A stretch of 64,000 nt of DNA from Sarea resinae. Its lineage: Eukaryota. Shown one piece after another: positions 52,522-64,000 of the stretch (positions are counted from its first letter, which is position 1; every line of letters begins with the position of its first letter). The stretch covers positions 558,001 through 622,000 of the forward strand of contig JAPEUD010000003.1 of the NCBI GenBank assembly GCA_026026165.1, in the 5' to 3' direction. Made by a program: the position numbers and the translations under genes. Below the pieces are notes generated by a model, which worked only from the letters and a program-made list of their open reading frames with translations, was not told the origin of the DNA and ran no database searches.

Positions 52522-54180
52522 ATGGCCAACGTTGTCCGCCCCCGAGTATTTCTCGATGTTCAGATCGGCACAGAACCTGGCGGCAGACTGGTGATTGAGC
52601 TCTTTGTCGACAAGGCTCCAAAGACATGCGAGAAGTAAATCAGCTCTTTGACTCGACGAAAGATCTGCTGGTCTGGATCTATGCTGACTCGTGGCAGTTT
52701 CCGGACACTATGTATTGGCTCCCAGCCTCCGCTGACGTACAAGCGCTCCCCATTTCACCGCGTCATCGATGAATTCATGGTTCAAGGCGGCGACATCACC
52801 AAGGGCGATGGTACCGGTGGCGACTCCATCTATGGGGGTGAATTCGAGGACGAGAATATAGGATGGCGCCAGATAGACAAAGAGGGATTGGTGTGTATGG
52901 CCAATCGCGGAAAGGGGACAAATACAAGCCAGTATGCTTTCCCTCTCGAAGAAACATGCAGCATATTAACATGTTTACTAATTGTTGCAACTAGATTCTT
53001 CATCACCCTTGCACCGTGCGAACACCTCAACGCCAAGCACACCGTCTTCGGTCAGCTGGTTTCAGGCAAAGAGACGCTGGATCGTATGACCAAAGTAGCT
53101 GTCGACAAGAACGATCGTCCGCTGGAAGATGTCCTGATCGCACATTGTGGCGAGCTCGAACGCCGCAAGAGACCTACAACGACGACTACAGAAGCACCTA
53201 CCAAAATGACGACGAAGCCCAGCCAGCCGGCACCAGCCTTGGATGACTCTGGTTCGGACTCGCGTCGCGGACGTAAACGCCGCCGCGGTTCCATATCGTC
53301 CAGCCGCTCTGTCTCGAGTCAAGCTCGATCTGCGCGTCACAGTAATAGCTATCATCACCAGGGCCGCGATCGCCGTCGCCGCAGCGATAAATCCCCAGAC
53401 TCTGTCCTACGAGGTCGCGGGCCTCTCCGCTCCTCTTCCCCTCTCCGCTCCCCCTCCCCACGCAAACCAATCCTTCAGACGCAACCGACTCCCTCACCGC
53501 CTCATCGCCATCACCACCACCATCACAGTAGTCACAAACGACGCCGCCATCACCACAGGGATCGCTCGCCCTCTTCTCCTGCCCACTCTCTTTCTCGCTC
53601 TCGTTCTCCTCTGCCGCATGATGAAAGACGCCGTCGTTCCCGCTCTACCCATAATCGATCCAGTCGGCGTCACTCGCACGATTTCACCGCCTCTTCCTTC
53701 TCGCTCCGCAGACATGGTTACGATTACGAGCGGCCTCGGCATAATGAACGCGCAGACGAGGAACTTATACTGCAGGAGGAGTGGGCGCGCGAGGGCGGCG
53801 ATGAGAGGTATGAAGGCGTCGACGCGGACGGCCACGGGGAAGACTACACGGAAGATGTTGGAAGGGAAGGATATAGGCGGCCTTACAGGGAGAGAGATCG
53901 TAGCGGTTGGGATAGAGAGAGGAATAACGGGAGAGAAGGCTACGGCAACGGTAGTGGTAATGGAGCCGGTGACAGAGACGGCAGATTAGGCGGTGCTGGT
54001 GCTGGCGCTGATGATGGTGCCGAAACCAACGAAGACGGCGCCGTCAAATTCAAGGGCCGGGGAAGCATGAAATACCGCGAGCGCGAGCGCCAACGCGAGT
54101 ATCCTTTTCGTGAAGGGGATTATCGTGGTGGTGCTGGAGGAAGGAGTTGGCGGCGAGGAGGCGGAGGGAGAAGATGGTAG
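52522..54180 (+). CDS. Cyclophilin-type peptidyl-prolyl isomerase with a long RS/RE-rich tail (SR-cyclophilin)
   Basis: Introns 52635-52698 and 52932-52994. RPRVFLDV, PKTCENFRTLC, FHRVIDEFMVQGGDI, MANRG..TNTSQFFIT and HLNAKHTVFG, followed by an Arg/Ser/His-rich C-terminus. Confidence 0.93.
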
Positions 54181-54413
54181 TAGATTTCTATTCGCCTTGC
54201 GGCTTACATGTACTACAATATCCTTTCAAAACTCCTTCACAGTCAATCGGGATAGCTTGGGACCTTCGCCGCTCCATTGAAAAGGGGTTACCCCACGTCA
54301 TTCCGACGAGAAAGATGATATATTGTGACAATGCATAGTATATATGTCGAAGGATCTGCCTTCTCTTCGACGACGGAGGATTTTCCCAGTTCAGACCGAG
54401 CAAGATGAACAAT

Positions 54414-54914
54414 CTACTTCACATAGTAATCCCACTGCATCAGCATCCAGCATAAGCTGGTGGTGCTGACGATAGCCGGGCCCGCCAACCCCCTCCCCCA
54501 GCGCGCGGTCCCGAACACCAACCACTCGCTCGCGAAATGGAAGAGCGCGATGGCGTAGGTGCACAGCGCAATCTGGTACAGCTGCGGATTGGTGATGTGG
54601 TAGGCGGCCCAGAGGCGGATGATGGACGACAGGAAGGTCCAGGTGCCAAAGGTGCGGCCCGACAGCGGCGTCACGGGCGACTTGTTGGCTGTCGAGGACG
54701 AGCCGGCGTAGACTTGCTGCGTGTAGTGCAGCGTGCTGTAGCATTGGACGCTGTTGGCGACGGAGACGGCGGAGATCTGTTGGTGAGGGTTGTCAGTGTT
54801 CCGTGCCTTGTGGGTTGGGACGGAGGGAGGGATAGAGAGTGGTGTGCTTACGAGGAGTAGCCATTTGGGGAGGAGACCGTCGTGCGGTGGTAGGTAGCTG
54901 AGCAGGTCTTCCAT
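54414..54914 (-). CDS. ERG28: Ergosterol biosynthesis scaffold protein
   Basis: Intron 54851-54777. GLLPKWLLL, NSVQCY, VTPLSGRTFGTWT..IIRLWAAY and HFASEWLVFGT. Confidence 0.95.
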   Translation of the reverse strand: MEDLLSYLPPHDGLLPKWLLLVSTPLSIPPSVPTHKARNTDNPHQQISAVSVANSVQCYSTLHYTQQVYAGSSSTANKSPVTPLSGRTFGTWTFLSSIIRLWAAYHITNPQLYQIALCTYAIALFHFASEWLVFGTARWGRGLAGPAIVSTTSLCWMLMQWDYYVK

Positions 54915-55198
54915 TGCGTCTTGTTTATTTCCGTGCTTGTCCGGGGTTCTGTTTGGAGTTTTGTCTGGAGTTTGAATAATATACTATAGTATGACAGTCT
55001 TTGTTGAATGCGGGTCTGGTTCACTGACAGCGAGCACTCCGGGCCCGTATGCACCAGCACGGCCCAGGTCAATCATCGCACATTAGCCGATCTCAACACA
55101 AACACTCCCGTGGCCAAAGCTCAACACCACACTAGCTACCGTTTATCTCAGTCAACACCATCACCATCCCCATCCCCATCACCATCACCATCACCGCC

Positions 55199-56372
55199 AT
55201 GGCCGGCCTTTCCGACTCCCTTGTCGCCCTTCGCGATCAATTGGTCAGCTTCGGACATGCTGGCCACCATGGCAAGGACGGCCATTCGGGCTCGACGACG
55301 CTGTGCTATGGTACCGTGACCCTGCTGGCAGCCATTGGGCTCGCGGTCACTTTGTCCAAGGTCTTGAGCTTCGTGCGCGTCTTCCTCAGCTTGTTCGTGC
55401 TGAGTGGCACTTCTGTATGTTCTTCTTGAAGCTGAGCTGAGCGGCTCAAGTGCTGTCTGCCTGCCTATCGTTGGACGGGAGAAGTCTAACGTCTTTTTGT
55501 CGGTGTTCTAGTTCCGCAAATTCGGCCCCAAGGGCTCTTGGGCCATCGTCACGGGCGCCTCGGACGGCATCGGCAAGGAATACGCGCTGCAGCTCGCGGC
55601 TAAAGGATTCAATATCCTCTTGATCTCGCGCACCGAGTCCAAGCTAACGGCGCTGGCCTCGGAGATCTCGACGAAATACAACGTGCAGACCCAGACGCAG
55701 AGCATGGACTTTGCGCTCGACTCGGACGCCGACTACGCACGCCTGAAGGCCACGGTCGACGGCCTCGATGTGGCCATCCTAGTCAACAACGTCGGCAAAT
55801 CCCACGACATTCCCGTGCCCTTTGTCCTGACGCCGCGGCAGGAAGTCCGCGACATCGTCACGATCAACTGCATGGCGACGCTGCGGGTGACGCAGACGGT
55901 GGCGCCCGGCATGGTGCAGCGCAAGCGCGGGCTGATCCTGACCATGGGCTCGTTTGGCGGCCTGCTGCCGACGCCGCTGCTGGCGACGTACTCGGGCAGC
56001 AAGGCCTTCCTGCAGCAGTGGTCGGCGGCGCTGGGCGCCGAGCTCGAGCCGCACGGCGTCCACGTCCAGCTCGTCATCAGCTACCTCGTCACCTCGGCCA
56101 TGTCGAAGATCCGCCGCGCCTCGGCCACGATCCCGACCCCCAAGGCCTTTGTCCACGCCGTGCTGGCCAAGCTGGGCCGCAGCGGCGGCGCTCAGGGCAT
56201 CGCCTATACCTCGACGCCGTACTGGACGCACGGCCTCATGCACTGGGGCCTGGTCACGTTTGCCGGCACCATGAACCGCTTCGTCGTCGGCCAGAACAAG
56301 GCCATGCATGAGAGCATCCGGAAGCGCGCCTTGAAGAAGCAGGAGAGGGATGCTAATAAGAAGTCCTCGTGA
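55199..56372 (+). CDS. IFA38: Very-long-chain 3-ketoacyl-CoA reductase (SDR family)
   Basis: Intron 55415-55511. [25 protein letters not shown], catalytic [17 protein letters not shown] and C-terminal IRKRALKK. Confidence 0.93.
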
Positions 56373-56539
56373 AAATCGCGGTCGCTGTTGTTTTTACTAG
56401 GCAAAGGGGGGGAGAGCAGCAATATACAGCCGACTTGTTTATTTGTCTCTCTTTCTCTCGATAGAATCCCAATCCAGCACTCAGGAGGTCGAATAGAAAT
56501 AAGACATCATCCACAATCCCATGGACTTGATTCCTCTAC

Positions 56540-58155
56540 CCACTCACTCACTCACTCACTCACTCACTCACCCGCCCACTCATCAGATCCACATACACAC
56601 ATGTAATGCACCGACCCCATCTCCCACATCCCTTATCCCATCTCCCTCATCCCTCATCCTACCACCCGCCTCCCCCCTATCACCATATACATCAGAAACC
56701 CGATAGGAACAGTGATAATTCTTCCGTTCATTCATTCATTCATTCCTTGAACGAGGCGACACGTTTTTGGTTTGGTTTTTTTTTCTCTCGAAATGTGGGA
56801 TTTCTTGCGTGTGTGTGTATGTATGTCAGTATGTGTGTGAAAAGGTAGGTAACATCGTAAATAGGTAGGTAGGCAGGTATGTAAGTAGGTAGGTAGGTAG
56901 GTAGGTAGGTAGGTAGGTGTGTATATAAGTTGGCAGATAGGTAAGCTGGCAGAGAGATAAGTTGGCAGAGAGATAGGGTTGGCAGGTATGTAGGAAGTTG
57001 GGTAGGTCTGGGGCCCCGGGCGTGAGATGGCGAGTAGATGTAGAGGTAGACGTAGATGTAGAGGTGGTGGTAAAGCTAGAGCTCTGTCTCTGTCTCTGTC
57101 TCTGCCTCTGTCTCTGTCCTCTGCCTCTCCGCCTATAGCAAATAGCAAATAGAAGAAACAGAAGAAAATCAATGGACATTGTCACGACAACAACAACAAT
57201 CAACAACAATCAACAACAACAACAATCAACAACAATCAACAACAACAACAATCAACAACAATCAACAACAACAACAACAACAGACAATCAACGACAGACA
57301 ATCAACGACAGACAAATCTAGCCGGATCCAGTATCGATTCTCTAGGATCTAGGATCAGGCCAAAAAGGGTTTCTGGATTGCTAGAATAAGATGGATAGAT
57401 GGATGGATGGATAGGTACGATCCAAGAAGACGAGAACGAAAGACCGAGAAAGGAAAGACGAGAAACGAAGACGAGAAAACAAACACGAGCAAGAGAAGAA
57501 AAAGAACAGGCAGGAAAGGAAAGGAAAGACGAACGAGAAAGAGAAGAAAAGAATAAGACAGAAATTGACAGGAAAAGGACGGGGAAAACCAACGAACAGC
57601 GAACGAGGAATAGGAATAGGAATATGAATACGAATACGAATAGGAATACGAATACGAATGCGAAACGGGGATATGAAACGGGGATATGAAACGGGGATAT
57701 GAAACGGGGATATGAAACGAGAATGATGATGATTATGATGATGATGATCGTGGTGGTGGTGGTGGTGGTGGTGGTGGTGCAAGGAAGGAAAAATATAGAA
57801 CTTGAGGAATGAGTATGAGAACGCTGTGGTTTAGTATATGGTAGGATATGATAGGATAGCGTAGGGTAGGGTAGCTTAGTATGGGAGCGAATGGGAGCGA
57901 ATGGGATGGCATAGTTTGGGATAGTATGGGATGGCATGGGATAGCATAGGACAAGGGGGAAGAGAAAGATTGGATTTACTACTGACGACAACGACAAGGC
58001 ACGATGGGATGGATGCGGGATGCGAGGACGGTGGTAAGCCGGATGAATCACTGATGTGAGATGAGATGAGAGGCTGGATGCAAGGCTAGAGAGGGAGAGG
58101 GATAGAGAGAGAGAGAGAGAGAGAGAGAGTGTGTGTGTGTGTGTGTGTGTGAAGA
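56540..58155. repeat. Micro/minisatellite mosaic between convergent IFA38 and BRO1
   Basis: (CACT)n, (AGGT)n, (TCTCTG)n, (AAC/AATCAAC)n 57186-57312, (GGAT)n, (GAATAC)n, 13-mer GAAACGGGGATAT x4.5 at 57662-57719, (GGT)n and (GA)n(GT)n 58100-58150. Confidence 0.92.
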
Positions 58156-58537
58156 TGCACTCCGAGTAAGTGGATGCAAGTACATGCAAGTAGATAGATG
58201 GACTTCAAGAGAGAAAGACAAGAAATGTGTAGATTGCCCTCTTCCCGACCCTTCTCCGAGGCCTTTGTGAAGGGGGGAAAGAACACGAGTATCGGAAGGA
58301 TGAAATATGGAGGAAATAGAAATAGAGGAAATACACAACGCGAGCAATGGACAAATGAAAACCGCCCAAACCCAAACACTCCCCCCACCACCGCCCTATC
58401 TCTCTGGCCCTCGCTCCCAGTCCGAATCATATCCATCCGTCCATCCGTCCGATAATCTCGACCTCGCACAACCAACTATCTCGTCATCTACACCCCCTTC
58501 AGGAACAAACGAACACAAACACTACCAATATCCATCC

Positions 58538-61500
58538 TCATTTCCAAGCATTCAGTCCCGCCCACGGATCGCCCTGCTGACTCAGCCCATGGCTTTGCGT
58601 CCTCTTATGCTCACCGGGCCGTGGGACCTGCGCGTATCCGCCCGCTGCCGAAGGCCAGGGGCCGTTATTCGAGGCCGGGTAGTTTTGATTCGGTGCCGTT
58701 GGAGGCGGACCGGGGGGCGGAGGAGGTGGGATGTAGCCTGGGGGAATGTATTGGGGTTGTGATTGCGGCTGCGGTTGCGGTTGCGGCTGTTGTTGTGTCT
58801 GCTGCTGCTGTTGGTGGGAATTTGGAGGTTGAGATTGCTGCCGTTGGTGGTGGTGTTGAGGATGCGAATACCCGTACTGCCCAGGCGGCGGTGAGAAATA
58901 TTGTTGGGACGGTGGCGGGGACACTTGCGACGGGTAGGCATCGCGCGGAAAGTATGTGTTTGGGTTATATTGGTCGGCGCGCTGCGGGGCCTGGCCGAGA
59001 TGTCCGCTCGGAGCATATGAGGGGGGCGCGGCCTGACTTGGTTGGGGATACTGGGGGTGCTGCGGGGCGGGAGAGCCCGAAGAAGTCATGCTGGCGTATT
59101 GATTGCCGTATGCTGGGAAGCCGGGAGAAATAGGGGGCGAGCTGACGGCATTGGGCTTGCCTTGACCTTGGTAGGAAGGCCGGCTAGGCGGTAGAGCTGG
59201 AGGACCATTGGGAGGTAGTTTGACCGAGGATTGCTCCATGTTCATGCGCTCCATCAGCTCTCTTAGACGTTCGCGCTCGCGATCAGCGTGGTCACCCGCC
59301 CCATTGGCTTTGTTCTGTTCGATCTGATTGAGCAGCTGAGCTCCTTCGGACCGACGATTATTGACAAAAGTCTCGATATTCTTTTCCAAGCTGTCGACTG
59401 TGTCTTTCATCTCGGAGTAGAAGCTCTGTGCCCTGATCAAGCCAGCAATCAGGTCATTAAACGCTTGGAATATTTTCCCGTACTTTGTCATAACATGGCT
59501 CCGTTGTCTTGCCAGAGCCTCGTATTTGCTCTGTTCGGAGCGAACACGCCGATCCTGGAGCAGTTCGCTGTAGGCCCGAGTGAGCTCCTTCATCAGAGAT
59601 GCTTGTTTGTGATTGGCTTGGAGGAGTCGATTCTGATGAGGCCGAAACTTTTCCAACTCCGACTGGAATAGCTGGTTTTCCTGACTAGATATCGTCTTCT
59701 TATTTAAGATCAGAACGTTTGAGATATCATCGTTGTGGACCTTTTGTTTGCGTTAATATAGCGCGACCTATGAGTAAGGCAGTGTACGCTACCTTGTCCT
59801 TGAGATCCTTCAGAATCTGAGTTCGCTCTCTCTTGATGAGGTTCAGCCTCTTCAAAAGATCCTCTACCTTTGCAATCTGGTCCGCGACGCTGACGCTACT
59901 CTCGCCATAGTCCTCATCAAGAAGGTTGCCCTCCTGCGGAGTCATCGGACTACCAACGCCATTTCTGCTTTTTCCGCGCGCCCCGCCCACTTTGATCAAG
60001 GCTCGCTGGAAGAGGACATCCGCCTCATCAATTTCTCCGGCGGATCTCATCTCGTCAAAATCCGATTCGCACGATTGAAAGGTCTTCCAAAGTTGATTGT
60101 CACTGGCACTCGCCTCATCGATCGCATTGTAGTAGTTCCGAATGTCACCTTTGAGTGTCGCTGTCAGCCTCGAGCTTGGTTGCTGTGTCCAGTCCGGCCC
60201 ATATTTCGATCGCATCTTTTCGCACACGCTCTCTTCCATGTCGAGCTGCTTTGAACTTCGATCCAGTATGTTGAGAATTGAGGTCTTGTCGGCTTTGAGA
60301 TTTTCGAATGCTGGTTCGAAAGGTTCATGTCCAGCTAGATCCTCACACCAACGCCGAAACTCTTCGTCGACCAAAGCTTCTTGTTCGGAGCCACCCTTTA
60401 TCATCTGAAGTCCTTCAGGAAGCTTCAAGTAGTCGAGGCTCGCTGCCATCTCGCCGTCTGCGGTCTCGACCCTTTCAGTCTCTGCCCTGATGAGCTTGGC
60501 CTTTTCTTCGTCGTACAAGCTTGCAGACTCGGTCACAGACATTGGCACAATCTTCTGAAAGATGTCTGGTCCTATGATTCTCTGTATATCCTGCCCCTGA
60601 TAGAGTTCGCCTACCGGGATTGCTTTCGCCGCTGGCAATTTAGAAATGGCTGGTAAACTTGCCTCTCCAGGAATAGAATGATGGTAAATGAAGTCGTTGT
60701 CTTTGATGAGTTCGGCCAGTCGCTCCTGAACTCTAGTAAGATGTCTCCTTGTCATTTCACTGAGATTTGATCCCGCTTCGGAGCCCAAGTTTGAATTGAT
60801 CGGAACAGATTGAGGGAACGCGTTTGCGATCCGATTCGCATCCTTGGCTTGTGTTTCCGCTACCTGCAGTCTTGCAATTGCAGACCCGTATGAATTTGCA
60901 TCGTTGTCTGCGAGAGCCTGATAATACTGAGCTACAGACGAGAGGTAATTCGCTTTGATCTGTCACATGCCAATTAGGACTTCTGGCTAGAATAAACAGA
61001 GCCAGCCTTGGGAGTAGGGAACACTGACTTGGACGACTAAAAGCCAGACCTTCTCAAAGATCGCTTTGTTCACATTCTCCTGTACGCCTTCTATAGCTTG
61101 GCTGTACAAGTGACCTGCCTGGCTTGCCAATTTGGCCAACAAGCCAACCTTTTTCTGGTCTGCCACCTGCTTTTCCAGGAACACCTCTTGAGCTTGCGCT
61201 AGCATTATGGCAATGAGAGTCTTGACGGTATCCCGACTCAAATCCGTAGAAGGTGCATGTAGAAAATTCTCGTTTATATAGGTGAACATTCCCGCAGAAG
61301 CTTGAAAAGAGTGATAGGCAGTTTTCAGCCCGCTGTCGTCGGAGCGGTTTTGATGTGCTGCGTGGCAGGATAGTACGGCAGATATGTTAAAGATTATAGA
61401 CGCTTTCTCGTATGCCAGGGAAAATTGTGATGTCGACTTATGAGTAAAAGCATCGAACCTATGATTGATCAGTGCCCAATCCATGGAGAACTTCTATCCG

Positions 61501-61813
61501 CGCTTTTCAATATAGAATGAGTCCCTCAAACTCACCAGGTAAACGATATCTTGATGTGATTCTCATCGACTGGAAATCTCAAGTCCAACAATTCCAACTG
61601 GCCATAATATCGGTATAAAAGGTCCCTTCCCGCCGCACTGTCCTTCCCCGCGCCCCGCATGTCCTGCCGTAACCGGTTTAGAGTCGCGCATTCTTCAGCG
61701 TATCTCTCGGGGTCATCTCCATATGTCTGTCTGATGTATCCTTTCAGAGGTAATATCCAGTCAATCTCGTTCGTCTGCTTCAGCGGACTCGAGAGCATCG
61801 GCGCTTGATTCAT
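58538..61813 (-). CDS. BRO1: ESCRT-associated BRO1-domain protein (Bro1, V domain, Pro-rich tail)
   Basis: Introns about 61535-61459, 61028-60960, 59792-59741. YYGQLELLDLRFP, SLAYEKASIIFN, KDNDFIYH, GPDIFQKIVP..SASLYDEEKAKL, and a Pro/Gln-rich C-terminus. Confidence 0.94.
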
Positions 61814-63120
61814 CGTTACAACCTCTGCTGGGCAGGCGAAGGAAGACCCCGCCCGCCTTGAATAAGCTCTTGAAGTTCAGGCAGAGGCTGTCGGCCTTTT
61901 GCAAGCGATTGTGGATGGCACAACTCAATAGTCGAGCTCTTCGATATTCGGTGGAACAGTAGATCGGGATGTTGTCGCTGCCGGCGCAAATTGAGGGTTG
62001 GGCACCGCTCTATGATGGACTGCCAGCTGGTAAACCACACACTGGGGTTGTGGAAATCGCACTGTGTAAGGGTCAAGGATCCGTGCCACGATCGTCCTCC
62101 TTCAATGCAAATGTCGTAGTTCCAACGCCGAGTTCTGTTGCAAATGCTCCAAACGGATGAGGTCTGTAGGAGCCTGGAAGCTTACGGCGCTTCAGCAATA
62201 GTCGCTGTCGATCCACATCCGCTGGGCTGCGTCACAAGCGAGTGTCGACGCAATCAATCATAAGGTGCCAGACTCGGGCCAACAACAATCATGAATGCCT
62301 TATTCGAGCCGGCACAAACCCAAAATACCAAGAGGATCGTGATCAATTCAATGTTGGCGATGGAATGACAGTTGAGGAGACAAATCCTGCTGACCAGCCT
62401 TACATTTCCCTTAGATTTGTTGGGTTTACGAGGGGTTCGAGCACCTCTGCGGTGGAGATCCTACAGCCGCTGAGGTTCCACCGCCAGCGGCACCACCCCA
62501 GCGACGCCGCCGAATATTCTCTGGGATTTGCTCTTATGGCAGTGGGATACTTGGTGCACATGTGACGCGGAACCGTGTGGCTCTTCCTTGCCAGATGGCT
62601 TCGCCCGATTACACGGCCATAGTCGAACACAAGTCAAATACTCTGTACTGCTCTCCTCTCCCGCAAGGGCACACCACAGGTGGAGGTCCGACGGGCCATG
62701 GTTGGGGCCATGCAGGTGACTGGATTGTGATGCCGTCTCCAAGGCGCTCGCTCAACGCCATTGGACTGCCCCAAGACACTTGTCTGCGGGGCGCGAAACG
62801 ATCATCAAATGTCTACCGAGCATGGAATCCAGGGCGTCTACCGACGTGCAGTATTCGCGGCGCAAAACCCTCTTAGACAATTGAGTGTTATCTTGCTCAT
62901 CTGGAACAAATCTAATATATCTCCTCCTTCTTGTAGCTCAAGACTCAACCCGTATGTCAATCTATATATTGTACATGCTGATGCTGATAGGCTGTACATG
63001 CGCTGCGGATCTCTGAGGAGAATAGCGCCCAGGCTCAATTCAATGCCAGCGCCATCCCGCTGTCGCCTTGAACCAAAGACGCAAAATACTATACACAGAT
63101 TTGGAGTGGAGTGCGCTTCT

Positions 63121-64000
63121 TTACCCAGACCCTGATGATTTCTTCGGCTCGTCGTCCTCTTTCTTTGGTTTCCCCTGTGACGATTTCTTATCTCCGCTGC
63201 CGGAAGACGATTTGTCTTCTGGTGTCTCGTTATCGTGCTGATGTGTTAGCTTGTGCCATGCCGACTTCAGGAACCCTTCATTTCTATGAGAGCTGGCTTC
63301 GTTGGTGTTGGATGACGAGCTGGAGCTGCGTGGCGGATTAGCTTCCAGATCTTGCACCGGTGTAAAGTACCGGCACTCACTTCATCTTTCCGAGGTTCAT
63401 GACTCTCTTCGCTGTTTTATCATCCATCTCATCTGCCAGCATCTCAACGATCGTCCTCTGGTTGGCGCTGAGGTATTTCGGCATGGCGACCTTGAATTCC
63501 ACCCGCAAATCACCTTGAGCGCCTTTTCTTCCTCCTAATTTCCTCATTCCCATACCACTTAGAGTGATTTTATCCCCTGTTCCAGTGCCAGTGCCAACCT
63601 TGACCTTGACCTCTCCATCCAAAGTCGGAATCTTGATTTCACCCCCTAGGATAGCAGTCGTCAAAGGGATGGATGCTGTATATAGAACATCTGCCCCAGC
63701 CCGACTAAACTTGGAATCCGGAGCTACTCGAATGAAAACGTAAAGGTCACCACTCGCGGAGCGAGCGTTCGGGTTGGCGGCTGCGCCGGTGGCTGGGGCA
63801 TCACCTTCACCAGTAACCCGCAGTCGCATTCCATCCTCGACACCGCCGGGGATGTCAACATTGACGGTCTTCCGTTCTCTGACCACTCCATTTCCTGAGC
63901 AGGTTCCACATTCTCCACCCCTTGGGATCGTCACTCCTTGGCCGCCACAGGCATTGCAGGTGCTGGCCATCTGGAACCCGCCTTGCATGAAATGCACTCT
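63121..64000 (-). CDS. MDJ1: Mitochondrial DnaJ chaperone, 3' part (gene continues beyond the window)
   Basis: CNACGGQG and CGTCSGNG zinc repeats, [23 protein letters not shown] and [13 protein letters not shown]. Intron 63380-63326, then a last exon containing [12 protein letters not shown]. Confidence 0.9.

Noticed and set aside
57662..57719. CRISPR-like regular repeat
   Set aside because: It is a head-to-tail 13-mer minisatellite with no spacers, in a eukaryotic context.
57302..58189. 295-aa hydrophobic ORF and overlapping poly-His ORF
   Set aside because: These are translations of microsatellite tracts with no codon bias or domain.
63121..63357. Stand-alone 78-aa ORF
   Set aside because: It is the last exon of MDJ1, joined in frame through intron 63380-63326.

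Overview
Intron-rich filamentous ascomycete (Pezizomycotina) chromosomal DNA; the class cannot be determined from the sequence alone. I can reconstruct 21 protein-coding genes by hand (one truncated at the window end): a C2H2/fungal-specific TF, a conserved hypothetical protein, a GNAT acetyltransferase, NOG1, NUP170, a YqeY/AIM41-like protein, an F-box protein, GAL7, an EXPERA/TMEM97-like protein, DDI1, a LaeA-like methyltransferase, KRR1, SPC97/GCP2, PUP2, RRP8, a Zn2Cys6 TF, an SR-type cyclophilin, ERG28, IFA38, BRO1 and the 3' part of MDJ1. This is mostly core housekeeping content. I found no recognisable tRNA, rRNA, snRNA, transposon ORF, secondary-metabolite cluster or CRISPR array, and no clearly novel protein-coding system. 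The most unusual features are architectural. Long microsatellite mosaics sit at gene 3' ends, and their AT-rich cores show RIP-like CpA>TpA/TpG>TpA changes inside the repeats with no transposon present. The exons next to these mosaics are very GC-rich and carry low-complexity tails. There are also several splicing oddities: a start codon split by an intron, in-frame stop-free introns, frequent AAG acceptors, and two long structured introns. All exon boundaries and gene names come from reading motifs by eye and need RNA-seq and homology confirmation.
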